Positions 38,701-54,000 of a stretch of 64,000 bases of DNA are shown in pieces (position 1 is the stretch's first letter; the number at the start of each line of letters is the position of its first letter). Origin of the DNA: Phoronis australis. Lineage: Eukaryota > Animalia > Phoronida. A program made the translations under genes and the position numbers. Below the pieces are notes generated by a model. It made no database searches. It had not been told where the DNA came from and was given only the letters and a program-made list of their open reading frames with translations. The stretch covers positions 255,690-319,689 of the forward strand of contig NMRA01000479.1 of NCBI GenBank assembly GCA_002633005.1. The letters are read 5' to 3'.

Positions 38701-41700
38701 TCGGGCAAACCCCCTCCCGACACCTCATTCGGTGCTATGCGCATCTAATTGTGCTTTGCGCAAATGTTTTCAGACAAAAATGTAGGGCCCCCCTTGTGAT
38801 ATCCTAGATCCGCCACTGTAATAGTAATTCACGCAACCTTGATTAAATTGTCATCGCATTACAGGCTCATTTGCGGGAGTCCTTGATCTTCCTTTTGCTT
38901 TGGTCCATATTACACTTACAAAGTATTCTACACGACCTGTTTGACTTTGCCTCTGATCGGTTTTAATAGCATGCTTCAATGAAGTTTTGAGACAGCTTGA
39001 CTGACGACGTGTGAATATTGTCGTCTGGAAATGTGTATCCTACCCTGCTAACATGCCGCAAAATCTATTTGTTTCTGAATGGTTTTAATTCTAGCTCAAA
39101 CACTACAAAGCCTGATAACCTTGTTGTAAACAAAAAACTAAGCAATTAAATGGTATTTCTATTTGTCCGACAAGTTACACAAAACATTAATGTCGAGATC
39201 TGAAAGACTCAGCACCATCACAAAATGAGTGTGGGTGAAAATACTGAAGTTAATAGGGTCCACTAAACGTTTCCAGAACCCAATCAAGATGTCACATGAT
39301 CACATCCAACAAGAAAAATGCGATTTCTCAGCAGGTGCAAATCTAAATTAATACATACAAGATTTTACTATACATTCTAAACCAAAATAATGGTGATCCT
39401 TTACAATTAGTAATTTAATATTTTTCAATGTTAATGGTTTCATCACTTTTGAATGCAATTATTGAAGCCCATGAAAATCTATTCAGAGTTTATCACAAAC
39501 ACCCGCCTCACCAAATTTCCCACTGCTGAGTGTGCGTGTTAACAAGACATTGCAACTCGAAAACGGCGTGGAAGAATGAACATTGACCACTGGGCCTACA
39601 TTTCAGCTTAAAATCGAACTCTTAAAAACATAAGTCATCAGGGGTAGGCAAGGTAATTACATCACCCTGAATGTCGAGGAAGTTACATGAAATCACATCT
39701 ACTGATGAATAAAAAGTCCACGGGACAGGAATTTTACAAATTCCATCTGATATCTTCCCAATGCTATTTTTTGCCACATCACGTGCTTTGCTCAGTCTCA
39801 CACTTATCCTTACCTAACTCATGTAACCACAGTTGAAATAGTTTATGGTTATTGCGCACAACAAATAAGTTAATGGCGACTAAAAAGTGGAGTTAGAATT
39901 CTTTGCCAAAGTCATCTTATTTCCCGTAAACATGTTTCATGAAAGGTATGTATAGAACCAGAAAGGAGCCCTGAAGAAAGTAAGCGCTTTTTAAGTGATA
40001 ATTTTAAGTGTCAAAAGTGCCTTTTTGACGATATGAAAACCTCTTTGTCGGTAAGTGGATTTCGCCTACTGCCTGTTTAAATGCACGGGACGAAATTAGT
40101 ACAGAAAGTATTGTAGCCCTTACCCAGCCAGATGAGGGGTAGGCCAACCTGCATGAAAGCAGGCTTACGAGAAACAATGGATACGGGAAAGGTAATAATT
40201 TAAATGCAATTAAACTCATTTTCAACCAATAACAAAAACAATAGACCTAACGCGCAAGAACTAATACGTTAAAATGCACACCATTTTCTGATTTTATCCT
40301 GCCATTGTCTAGTACTTACCTCTGACTTTTTGAGCTTTGGGTAGCAGACGGTGTCGAATTTCACTTGCGTCAACCTCTCTTGAGTTTCGTGTCCAAGCCA
40401 GTTGGGAAACTTAACGAAACAGATCAGTGCTTACAAGCTTAACCACCGTCGGTGTCTGCCCTCTGGCCACACTTATCCCCAGCTTGGCACTTCTCGCCTA
40501 CTTTGAAAAAATCCGCCATCGCATAGGATAGGACTACCTGCTCAGACATCACGGGAACTACGGCTTAAACGTGTAGGAATGTTTACTTCGAAAAAGGACG
40601 AATGTATACCTACGCCTAAAAACAAGAGCTCAATTGCTATTTGTTTTAACAAATTACTTCTCCTTATTGTGTAATATGTTATATTCTGTGATTTGAAACT
40701 TAATGTTTGAAACAAATTGATTTTGGTATATTTGGCCACCTGGTTGGAAATTTTAAGTTGTATCATTGAGACAAATCACAACATCACTTTTGGAAATTCT
40801 TACACTCTGCTCACACACAAGGTGGTACATTTCAATATTAAAAAAAAAAATATATTTTCTGCCCAAGAAAGAAAATTCAAAGTTCTAAAATGCTTAGTTT
40901 TGTGCAAGAAATCCGTTTAAGTAGGTATATTAATTTCAAAATAACTTTTAGTTTTTTGCCAACAGTTGACAGGCACATATTTTTATGGTATAATGAGGTA
41001 TCATTAAACGATTATGTACCTGACCAAGCAGCCCAGGCAACTGGACTAAATTCAACGGGCTATTGTGTTCGAATTAGCAAACTCCAACTGTCTGAGGATG
41101 ATCATCCAAGGGTCAATTTTTACCTGGGCAGGGTCTGTCATGTCTAGGACAAGAGGAACTGCCATGTATGTCATTTGCATATTATTATGGTGGATTGATG
41201 GTATGCACTATGCTTTGTGTTAGCCTGCGGGTTTGGGCTCTTACAGGTATACACTGTATGTTTTGATTTACTGATGGTAGACTTTTGTACACTGACAGCA
41301 CAATTTACAGTAAGCATAAGAAAAATTGTAGTTTTATTAACTTTTGCATTGGGTTCTCTGCTTTGTAACATTTGCTAGTCTATTTACGGTTATACTGTAA
41401 CACACATTGTTTTCAATTGTTAAGGCCATAATACATGTTGGAACAATATCAGGAATTCATAGGATTTACAGGAACAGAAAAACAAACAGACACAGCCAGC
41501 TAGACAAAGTCAGCCAGAGAGACACAGCCAGACAGAGAGACACAGCCAGACAGGGAGACACCGCCAGACAGAGAGACACCGCCAGAGAGAGAGACACAGC
41601 CAGACAGAGAGACAAAGCCAAGATGGGGAGACACAGCCAGGCAGACAGACAGACAGAGATACACAGACAGACACAGACAGGCAGACACAGCCAATCCGGC

Positions 41701-44700
41701 ACAGACAGAGATGCAGACAGAGTGACATAAAGAGTGACTTACTAACAGAAAGGCAGACAGACAAACACAGACAGATAGAAGATAGAGAGAGAGGCAGACA
41801 CCCAGAAAGATCGTACAGACTTACCTGTCAATAGATCTTGACAATATGGCTGAGTAAAGGAGCAGAATGACTCCACAGCTGCCATCCATCTCAAAGACAT
41901 GTATGTTGGCTTTAAGAAATGTGAGCAACTCTTCATGTGAGGTAAAATGGTTAAGCACCAGCTGAAAATATTGTAAGAAACTTTATACGAAACAAGTAAT
42001 GCTTACATTCATTTTATGTATTTATTCCATAATTAAAAGGATATCTTGGGCGAGACAAATGATTTTCTGAAATCAGTCTCAGGGTGGAATTGAACCTGCA
42101 ACCTCCGAGGTCGCAGCATAATGCTCTGCTAATGATGTAAAATGACATTAAAAAATGGAAGAGCATTTTAAGAATATTTAACTGGTACAGAGAAAGGCCT
42201 TGACTTATAAGAATGTCTAGCACACAACGGTGAGAATTGGTGAGTTATAATAAAATCACAAAACAACAGACTTTGCTATTTATAGCTCAGGTCAAAATTA
42301 ATAACTTTAAGCAGTCCATCCCATGCAGCAATAATTTCAATGTGTTTTTTGGCAGTCAAGCTGATAATGTCCGTTTAAATGATTCTAAACTACTCAAACA
42401 AGAACAACACAGAGCGTTCATATGTGCTAATAATGTGCATCGCATACTGCCCTATTAAAAGGGATGATCATAATTATAGCCTCTAGGGGGTGCTGCCCCA
42501 AAATCAACAATGTATTCCTGACTAGAAAACCGGGATTTATACATTAAGATTCCAAAACTAAAAGTCCAATTTTCCAAAAAAAAAACTGACGGGACATGCT
42601 TCGTTTCCACCAGCACCGACGGTCCATCAGTACCGCTGCAGCCACGGCGCCATACAGTGGTGTATCCATCAAACAGCATGGTACTGGGAAGTGGAAATAA
42701 AAATGTTGTTGACAACTTGTTTATTCAATAACTTCAAAATGGAATACTGAAAACTTTACCTCTATGTTAGACTTATTGGGCTTAGTCAATGTTGACATCG
42801 CTAGTATGAAAGTTGCAATCTTTTTTGAGTAAATTGTTTTCGCATACAGTTTCACACATGTTTGTACAGGCTAATACGTTAACGATCACAGTATAATTTG
42901 CCTTTAAATTATTTCTTGACTAGTTTTTTGTAAGGATCACAAAATTAAATCACAACACTGGACACAGTGATGTCCCAAGATAATAGTTATTTTACCTAAA
43001 CAGCGCTAAATATATCTTCAATTTCAATTTGCAGGCATTTGGACATTGGAAACTACATGCAACCTTTTCATAAAATTTTCCTTCGATCTGAATGTCACAT
43101 TATGAAATGTTTAGTGAATTATCACCTTATAAAGTTATGCGCCACTTAAATGCTTTTCACTTTTATGTAAGATTCATACACAACAGGCAACGAATGTGCA
43201 GAGTTTTGCCATTGAACGTTCCATCTTTCTGACGCCAAATTCAAACAAACGTTTTGAAGGTATTGACTAAAAGAATGCAGTGCAAGATATGAGACAAAGA
43301 AAACAGGTTCGACTGTCAAGACCATGTTTGATAACAAAAGCAACGCGGAGCGTTGAAATGCGCCCACGAATGCATCGCAAATGGTATGCTTATAGAGTTG
43401 TTTATTTGTATCATCAAAACGGCCACTAGATGGCGCAAAATACGTCGAATCCGTTTGAAAACCAGAAAATGTCATCTTTTCGTTAAAAGAAACCAATTTA
43501 CCAAATTTCATTAAAATTCATCAAGCAACTTGAGAGAAACAGAGGAAAATGAAAAAAAAAAGAAATTGCCACTAGGGGCGCAGTGTTCGTGGGATCCGTC
43601 TAAAAGTTATCGTCTTCTCTTGTTAACTTCACATAAATACACAAGCTAAATTTAATAAAGATCCTGCAGAGGGCTTAGAAGATACAAGTATAGGTGCAAA
43701 AAACAAAACCACCACTAGGAGGCGGCAATTACTCGTCAACCGTCCCCTTCATAGAAAGAACATACATGCCAACTTTCACAATCATCCTTAGAGTGGTTTG
43801 GTTGACAGAGGGACGAACGCCACAAAACAGACTCAAAAACAACAAAAATGGCCACTAGGTGTCGCAAAATACCTTGAATCAATTCGAAGATGAATGGCTA
43901 GCATCACCTCACTAATAGATGCCTATCTGCCAAATTTTATGGAAATCCGTTTGAAGATACGAGGTAAACGTAAAAAACTATAATTGCCACAAGGGGGCAC
44001 ACCGGTAAACCGATCTGTCCGAAAGTCTGTTCTCAACTTCATAAAAATACATTTGCTAAATTTAATAAAGATCCTGTAGAGCGTTTAGGAGATAAAGCCA
44101 TGGCGCAAAAAGCAAATTTCATCAAAATTGGACTAGGGGTATTGAGATATCAAGCATACAACTGGACACAGCGGCGACAGTATGCGAACGTGAGCGCATA
44201 AAAAGCTTTGTCGAAAACAAAATGGCCACTAGGAGGTGTGGCAGAAGTCGAATCCACCCGAAAATTGAATGAAGCCAGTGCACTGATATTAGATACATTT
44301 GTGTAATGTTTCACTGAAATCTGTCAATCCATTCCCTAGATATCATCCGGAAACTTTCTTCCCAAAAAATACTGAGAAAGCCACGCCCTGCTAACCCAAG
44401 GGGGCACGGCACATTGAAAAGTGGTACAAACCATTCTAATGATGCCCTACACCATTGCCCCAAATTTCCTCAAAATCCAACCAGAGTTTGAGACGACACC
44501 TGGTTAAACTACTAAGTAACAACTGCAAACTTCGTGTTTGCTAATGTACCGCAGATTAGATGAATAATAAAGCCTTTACTGAACAAAAAACATTACAGAT
44601 ATACCAAAGCTTGGAGAGGCAAAATAACTTGCAAATTCACTTAATTTAATAACTTACAGTTTCGGTGAGGTTGTCAGGTTTATAGCGACCGCTTCCTACG

Positions 44701-47700
44701 AAAATAGACCGTCCAGTAGGACTAGAAGAAAAGCATTAGTAAGGCGATAAATATAAAGCAAAACATAGTTGTCAAAGAATTCCCACCGTGACCCTGCGTC
44801 TCAAAAAGAATTTTATTAATATGTCTTAAGAGATTTCATACCTTTTAGTATACCTGTTGCAACAAAACAAGCCAAAAATTTAAAAACAAATATTTTTCTT
44901 TTATCGGAGTGTTTGTAATGGGTGGAAGACTGTCTCTGCTGTTGTTGTTTTATACCAGTGCAATACTGAGGAGTTGTGAGGAAAGTCCGCAGACAACCAC
45001 CTTTTACAGACATAAAAACATGCGTTTGTGAAAAGTGTAGTAACAGCAATTTGACTGAGAACGTGTTCAAGTTTCCTAAATACGTGAAAGTTGCACACAA
45101 ATGGTGTCGGTTTGTGCACACAAATGGTGTCGGTTTGTGCACACAAATGGTGTCGGTTTGTGCACCGCATGGTGTCGGTTTGTGCACCGCACGAGAGTGT
45201 GGAATGTCAGTGTGGAACATACGATTCAGTTGGGAGCCACACATTGTTCAGCACATTTCAAGGAATCGTGTTTCGACCAAACACAAAAGTGGTGCTACAA
45301 TGAAGGACTCTCCACCTTGTAAGTGTATTTGCAAATTTATAAATAAAGAACGAACTGCTTCCATTCTAGGGCGAGTGATGCCAAGCCCTCGACCCTGGCC
45401 CAGATTGAGTGCTACGACACGTAGGCTTATGCATTGTCATGGTGTTTAAACCATTCCATCATGGCACTAGTGAATACGAGTGACCCAGGTTTACTGTGGC
45501 CTTTGCCAGTGATTTTTAAGTGTCTACTTTTGTGAATATTGACCACCCCTTGGTTCAGTTGGTTGTGGCTCACATATGCCTCTAAGATTTCTCGTGTAGA
45601 TGGGTCGAGTTCATATGGCCTCAAAGCCCACGAAAGTTCGCTAAGTGGGAAATCAAATTCATTGTCTTATTCTTCAAATACTTGAGTGTAATGCCCGTAT
45701 CCACTCTCCTCTCTGTCTGCATCGTAAGTGTCCATTCTTCGCTCAAAATCGTCCTCGTCTTCTGAGCTGCTGTGTTCCACCATTGCAATTGACTGTCAAG
45801 TGACCAAACATTTTCCACCCAATACATCATTTTGCAGGAAACTTGGAAATAACTAATTTTTCTTCAACTTAAAAAAATTCGTGACTATTTGGCATAAAAA
45901 GTGCTTAGTTAGTTAGATTTTATGGTATTCATTTCGTATTAGCTAACTGGAACCTCAAAAACTAAGAAAACACATCGTGGGAACTCTGTAAGTTATACCA
46001 AAACATAATCAGTTGTTCAGCCATGTTCAAATCAATATTTACTCCTCCACACACTCCCAATTTTATACACATCAGCTGTAAGAAGACTACAAAGCAACCG
46101 CGTACATTGCCACAACTGCCATCTCTTGTTCACCAGCTCTCCACAAGATGTCTCTAAGTGCTGTAGCTAAACACAAACTCCTGAGCTCTCTGTCTGGTGT
46201 AAGTCTGAAAACATAGCAAAGGTTAAAAGTTGAAAATTTGTAGGAAAAGCTAAAAAGAACTTAGTAATCCATAATGCTCAGTTACTGGAGTAGAGACTAT
46301 TCTTCATCTCAACAAACTTCACATCGAGTATCAGGTTTCAAATTAGTAAAAAAATCTCTTGTCAGTGTTAAAATATCACTTCATTGATGTTATTTGCTGA
46401 CTTCTTATGGGGGTGTAAAAGTCCAATGAGCCATGAGCTTTGCAGACTGATTATTTTTCAGTGAAGCTAGTGATGTGAAATTGTGTTGGATGCTTTTTTA
46501 GGGTTCCACTAAATGTTCATAAATGCCATGTAGTGCTAGTTAGGACACTTAATGCAACTTGGCTATAGTACGAACAGTTCATTTTGGCTATAGTGCATGC
46601 TGTTCAAGTTTTCACAAGCATATTAAAAAGTTGAAGGAGTACAAAACTCACTTGTTCTTCACTTCCTTGCCAACACCAAACAGCAGTTCCTTCAACATGC
46701 AGGCCTGAACTGAAGCAATGACACCACAGGGTCCACCCTGATAAACATGCATCCAAAGTAGGAATGATCAATGCGTTTTGAGGAGTTTAAATCAAAACAC
46801 AATCCATTCACTTTGTTTTATACAGTAGCACAAACAGTTATCAAAGAAATTACATTGGTGTGGATGATCAAGAACATTAGTTGTGATTCCAAAGATACTG
46901 TAAGTAGGGACAGATTGAATTTTCCATGGGGCAACTTAATCTGACCATTCAAAACCCCAGTAAGTGCCATCTCTGAAAATTATTATTAGTTTGTTTTGGC
47001 TTGAACTATTAGTTTTGATTTAATAGTTCGCATTATACAAGACGTTAGCGTTCATATGATACAGGTTTGAGTTCACATGATACAAATTAGCAATCTCTGA
47101 CATACCGACACAATTGTATGCTACTGACCCACACCGCTGGAATAAAAATAAGTCAATAATTTAAGACTCGCGACATATGTCAGAACAATGTTCTCACCTT
47201 ATGTTGTATAATGCCGTACTCGAGGCCTGGCATGTCACAAAAACCAAAACTTTGATTTTTCCACTCATTGTTAAATGCCTGCGACGCCAAGCCAAATATA
47301 AGGGTCTTCAACTCCTGGAGAAAAAAAAACAAGCTAAACTTTTGAATATTACACAGCTTGCATGGATATCCTGGAATTTTTGTATGTGATTGGAAATCTT
47401 ATTGTATGTATTATGTGCACACATCTTGAACGTTTGTCACTTTTTCTGGAGATATTGGTTCACAAGCGAATAGACACATTCACCCAGCAAATGAGCGACA
47501 TTTAACTTTGGATATAGTCTATTATAAAATGCACATAACATGAAATAAACATACATGAGATCAAAACAATCAAAAAAAAATATTGAGTGTGTACTCAACG
47601 TTTATAGGGTGTTACACGTCAAACTGAGGGGGGGGCCATCAGATGAGCTTTCTATTATTTATTTACATCCGTCTATTGAGAGCATGTTGGCTACGCTACA

Positions 47701-50700
47701 ATAACAAAAAATTTATTTCGTCAGTCTCGCGTGATCGTATGTCAAAAAACATCAACATTACACATAACTATTACTCATTCATCGATAACTTGACACTGTT
47801 ATGAATACTTCATCTATTAAAAAACATCAAGTAATGCAGAAAGGTAACAGAGAGCTTACCACAGCTGTATGAATGTCTATTGGACGTGAATCTGTTATAC
47901 TCGTTAGTGACCTACTGACAGGGGGCACTGGTGCCTGAAGGTCAAGATTTGCAACTTCAGCATCAAGGTCATCAACATCACCAATCTCTACATCACCGAC
48001 TGCACAGGCAGCAGTTGTGACAGTCTCTGATCTGAAGGAAGCATTTAAATACAATTAATAAAAATAACATAATATCCAGCACATTTTCAATCTGTCTGCT
48101 ATTCAGCCAAATAATAGAACTGCTCCTTCCCCAAACAACACATCAAAACCCTTGAGAACAAAATGGCCACTGGGAGTGACAAATCCACACAAAAATTTAA
48201 TGGTGATGGTGCATTGATGTCACATACCCAAGTGTCAAGTTTCCTTAAAATCCATCAATCAATTAAAAGACATCGGAAATGGTTTTCTTGAAAATAACAT
48301 CTAGGAGGTGCAGCAGTGCTTGAATCCACCCCATAATCAAATGGTGCCAATACATTGACACGGATACCTCGGTTTCAAGTTTTATCCAAATCCGTCAGTC
48401 GGCTCTCTTGATATCATCCGGAAACGCTCTTCCCTCAAACAACACTTCAAAAATCTCCTTGACTAGGACAAAATGGCCACTAGGAGGTGCTGCTGCAATG
48501 GTCAAATCTGCCCAAAAATTTAACGATGACCATGCAATGACAACGTATACGTCTGTGTCAAGTTTCATTGAAATCCTTCAATCGGTTCTCTACATAACAT
48601 CCAAAAACACCCTCACACAAAATGGCCATTAGGAGACTCTGAAGATGTCAAATCCGCCTAAAAAGTATATTGTCTAGTGCAATTGCACAATATACCACTG
48701 TGTCAAGTTTTAACGAAATCTGTTAATCAGTTCGTTAGTAGTGAAAACCAGCCATAAATGGTGCTGGCGCAATCTCATATGACTCTGTCAAGGAATTCTG
48801 TCAATTGGTTCTTCAGGTATCATCCAGAAATGCTCTTCCCAAAAACAACACTTCAAAAGCAAAAATAAAATGGCCACTAAGAGGTGCTACAGTGGTCAAA
48901 TCAACATGAAAATTTAACAGCGCCGCCGCATTGTCATCACAAACCTCTGTGTCTACATTCATTGATATCCCTCACTCATTTCTCTACGTATCATACGGCA
49001 ACGCTCTTACACAAAATGGTCATTAGGAGACACTGCAGTTGTCGAATCTCCCTGAAAATTTAATGGTGCCGTGGCATTGTCATCACTAACCTATGTGTCA
49101 ATTTAATGGTGCCGTGGCATTGTCATCACTAACCTATGTGTCAATTTAATGGTGCCGTGGCATTGTCATCACTAACCTATGTGTCAATTTAATGGTGCCG
49201 TGGCATTGTCATCACTAACCTATGTGTCAATTTAATAGTGCCGTGGCATTGTCATCACTAACCTATGTGTCAATTTAATGGTGCCGTGGCATTGTCATCA
49301 CTAACCTATGTGTCAATTCTTCATTCGCTTCTCTACATATCATCCACAAACTCTCGCAAACAAAATGGCTTCCAGAAGGCACTGCAGAAGTCGAATATGG
49401 CTGAAACTCATTTAGTGCTGGCGCAATGTTATCATATTCCCGTGTGTCAAGTTTCAATAGAATTCGCAAATCAGTTCTCTAGATATCGACCAGAAATACT
49501 TGAAAAGCCAATCATTGATAACAAAGTGGCCACTAAGAGGTGCTGCAGTGATGGAATCAGCCCGAAAATTTAATCGTGCCAGCAAACTGATACCACACGT
49601 TTGTGTCAAATTTCATAAAAATCTGTCAATTTGTTCTCTAGATATCTTCCGAAAATGCTCTTCTCCCAAAAATACAGAAAAAGCTACGCCCTCCTGACCC
49701 CAGGAGGCTGGGCATATTGAAAAGTGGTATGAACTGTTGTAATGATGCCCTAAACCCTTGTGCAAAATTTCGTCAAAACCAGACCAGGGGTTTTTGAGAT
49801 ATATCAAGCAGACACTCAGACAACCGTACAAAGTGACCACGAGAATATGCGACATGATAAAAACTTATATAGTTGGTGCAAAACCAGATCACAATAACAG
49901 CACTATGCTCTACCAGTACATTAAAACTGTTCACTACAAAACTTGTTTTACCTCTCAGTTAGCAGAGACTCAGTAGATTCTGTCACAGGGGGCTTGTCAT
50001 CTGCAACACAAACTGTGCCTGATATACCATGCACCACCCCCTCACTGGTTAGCGACTCCTTTCGTCTGGCTGGACTGGGACGAACACCATCACTACTAGA
50101 TGGAGTTTCATTTTTCTTAAGATCTGTGTTATCCCATAATAGGTTTTCATGAGATGTTCTCCTGGAAGACCTAGGTCGGGCAACTGGGCTTGCATTGACC
50201 TTCAAAACATCTTTAATAGCGTCTCTAGTCACTGTGTAACGTGACTCCGTATTCACAGCTGGGGCTAATTCAGAGATCGCGTTTGATGTTCTGAGTGAGA
50301 CATTAGTTTCACTCCGAGATTTCAGTTCAGTTTTTGGCACGTCAAGATGCTTTTCTGCTAGCTCAACAGATGGCGTTGGTTTTGAACGTAATGATGATGA
50401 AGGGCGAGCAGAGTGTTTTCGTGGTTGGCGTCTTCGATCTCGTTCCTGTAATACAACACCTCCTCAATGCACAAAGTCAGTGCGTGATGTTCCGCACTTG
50501 CAGAATAAAAAAAATATGCAGAATATTGCGCAACTTTGCTGCTAACAGTCCAATTTAATATAATGCAGAATATCGCACAGACTTTTTGCATAATTTCTAC
50601 GAAATTTGTGAAATGTTCTGCAAGTGCGTAATATCACACATTGACTTCACGTAGTTAATAATTGCGCACGACAAAAATTAAATTGCTAAATTAAGAAGAT

Positions 50701-50978
50701 ACTAATGGAGCAAATAAAAAGTAACACAGACTGTAAACATGTTTAGGACAAGGTATAGATTTATTATAGCCTAAAGTGAATATAAAGGAGGTGCGGAATT
50801 GTTCTGTCCACTCTGAGATTAAATAAGAAAGCCTCATTTTGTCTCTTTGTTTGTAGTGATGGGCTTCTCAAGTTTACCAGACGAGTGAGTGCAGTACCAA
50901 GGTTGATTATTTAACTGACTGTTTTTGATTTCATGACCTGAACATGACCTTTAATTCTTCACATTATCTATGATTATC

Positions 50979-51010
<32 letters not shown>

Positions 51011-54000
51011 CATCATCATTAATAATGTAATATTTACAATGATTATCTGGTGTATAATGAATAGTATTCCCTTGTGACGAACAGTTCACAACCAAACAAT
51101 GCTGCATTGAACATGAGTTGAATGCCTGTTAGCACCATTGAGGGAAGTCTTGCACAGAAGGTCCTAAATTTCGAGAACCAGTTTGATGCTGTTTTTCAGC
51201 ACAGAAAACTGGTTCCCAACATGTGACTGCAACCCTGTTAAGTATATCATGCACAGAGTTTCAAAAGTACTTGACAACTTACATCTAAGTTACTAGAGAT
51301 CGGACCTGCCATTCCTCGCCTGACAGATGACCTGGGCCGACTTACTGGCTGCCTGATTGTACTCTCATCTGGTTTGTCAATCAATCCTGTCTTTCCTTCA
51401 CCTAGAATTGTCTCACCCTCAATGTTGTCTTCTATGACTAAATCAATACCAGACTGCTTGGATTGTACCACTGGCTCAGGAGCGGGTGGGGGTGTTGGCT
51501 CTTTGGCTGAAATGAGGATTAGGAAAATAGCATTCTGAATTCAAATAATGCTTTAAATTCTTACTTCTCTGTGTAGTCATTGTCAAAATAAATTTCCTTT
51601 TAGCCAGTGTAAGGATTTTTTAATTTTAATTCATGTCTTTTTTATTGTAATTGTATATCTATGTCGACAAAATAAATCCAAACAATCAAGAAAACTGTCT
51701 AGAAGGTATTTTAAGGATATCTCAAACATTACTAACAATACAATATTTCACACGTCTAGCAAAATACTTCATCCTCATTCTTGGGGAACTTCAAATACGA
51801 AATATATATTGTGTAGCAAGAAAAAAAATTAACAGAACCACCTTGGAACCACACAACTGCGTGGAAATTCGTTCACTACTTATCCAAGGTCAAAGATTAT
51901 GGGGCTGTCACTCAAATCCAATCTCCCACCAGTCACAGAGCGGCTAAGTATATACCCTCAGTCCTTTCATTCGCCGAGTTGCCATAAAATTGAATCAACG
52001 ACATGTACATATGATATAATCATGCCGGGGAAAACAAGGACAAATTGTCGTTTTGATCCTGAGGAAGTTGTGTGTCTGCATGCATACGATCGTTGAGAAT
52101 GAATGCCATGAGTTGCCTCACGCCTCCGTGACTTTGTGTTTACAAGCACAGCAGGTTGCGAAGAGATAAATCCTCTCCCAAATTCGGTAATTTGGGTAAT
52201 TTCAAATTGCGCTGTTTTAATCTCATGCTCACGCCGCGCTTTAACCAGCAACTCGATATCTGTGTCCATCTCATCCTTTGGTTTCTTATCAGTCTCCCAG
52301 CGGGTGGTGCATCTAACAATTGAATGAACTGTTGACCTACTTTAAAGTGGACAAAAATGCACCAACTTGACCCACTTAATATGTTGGTTATGCCTGCATG
52401 GCGTAGTTGGACTCTATGCATTGCTAATCAACTTGGCAGATTAAAAAGTTAGTTTATCTGGTAACTAAGTTCATTATGCACAGCAAATTCAGATAACATT
52501 GCGCGTGGTAATGGACGTGGGTAAGAGGTGTATAGGCTACATTGACCAAAAACAAATTTTCACTGAATAATTAACCAAAGACCTTGAGACTTTCATCTCC
52601 CACAATTTAGTCGGCTTTTTCTTGGCTTTAGCAAATCGACTTCATTTGAACTTAAGAACACGAGTTCTTGAAAACAGCTCGGTGGATTTCACTGAAACTT
52701 TACAAACTTGATAATTTATTCATCAATCTCATAACACTGTTAGCATTTTGGATGTAAGGGCCTAGTGTTTGTGTTATTTAACAAAGATGAATATGACTTC
52801 TATTTTGTACAAATTTACAATACCTTACATTTTGCAATTTGATTTGTCACAGAAACAAAACGAAAAGACTTATCGAAAATTCCTAACAGTTTTGAGGTAA
52901 CTGGTGAAGTTTTCATTTAAAGGGGTTTCATTAAAATCGACTGAAAGATTATTTTGGTACAATGTACCTTTCTTAAAATTGAAATTTTGACTTAAAAAGG
53001 TATAAATGTAATAACAATAAAGGTACATGAAATGTATTTTTATATTCTCTGATCTATTTTCTTTCAGAAAATGTATACTTTTACTAGTTGCCAAAGCCTA
53101 GTTTTTTGATAAACGAGTTGGAATGGAGGCCACTAAATAAGGTTTGAGACAACTTTAGAGGTGTATTTCTTAACGTGATCGGACAAAAGTGGCTACAAAA
53201 CAGTTGCGTGTCAGAGGCATTACTTGAGATATTACATGCACTCCACTTCAATTAGTGTAAACTAGATTAAATTTTGAGCCAAGTGAAAAATTAGAGGCTC
53301 TCAGCAAGCCACCATCTTTGTTGGGGAAATTCGTAATTAGTGAGTCAGTCCAAGTAGACCTGGATCTACGAGGCAGTAATACAAAAAATGAACTATGAAG
53401 TTGAACCGCGCAACACTGCTAACACAATATTAATAGTCAAAGTCCATTGGAAAATGCCAGTTGCTGTGAATCATTAAGATTTGTTTTTTGTGCATGAACT
53501 GGCTGTTTTGAAGGGAAACTGTAAAAACAAGATATTCAACAATTTGGGAAAACGAGATAATTCGTGGATGGAATGAAACAGTCCAGAAAATAGTGTTCAC
53601 GCGAGTTTTTCACGAGATGTCAGGGCAACTTTTCATTTGGGTACATGCAATGAAAGATTGTAAAAAGTTCTAAAAAGACCAGTGACAGGAGGCAGTAGTT
53701 ATGTGCTAACTGCAAAATGATTTTTCAAAGAGAAATTTCTTAACAAAAATACTTTTAAAAGAGAAAGTCCTAAAAGAAAAAGGAATAAAATTAATATAGA
53801 ATGTACCTGGAGGGCAACTAGATGTGTCATGTTCTTCTGTAATTTCTGACCTATAATGTAATATTCAGGTATATTTATACATGTAGCAATAGTCCCACAT
53901 CAAATAGACAAGGTCACAGTGACCTTGAGGTCTGCACAAGTTTGATGCAACCTAGCCACATAACCACCTACAGTGTATTTAAATACCCAATGATGAACAA

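Noticed and set aside
41407-41764. Several overlapping ORFs (RDTARQ / CLAVSL repeats)
   Set aside because: Translation artefacts of a microsatellite
42591-42683. 93-nt candidate MINDY4 cassette exon (- strand)
   Set aside because: Stop codon in the required phase, and the flanking exons already join into conserved sequence
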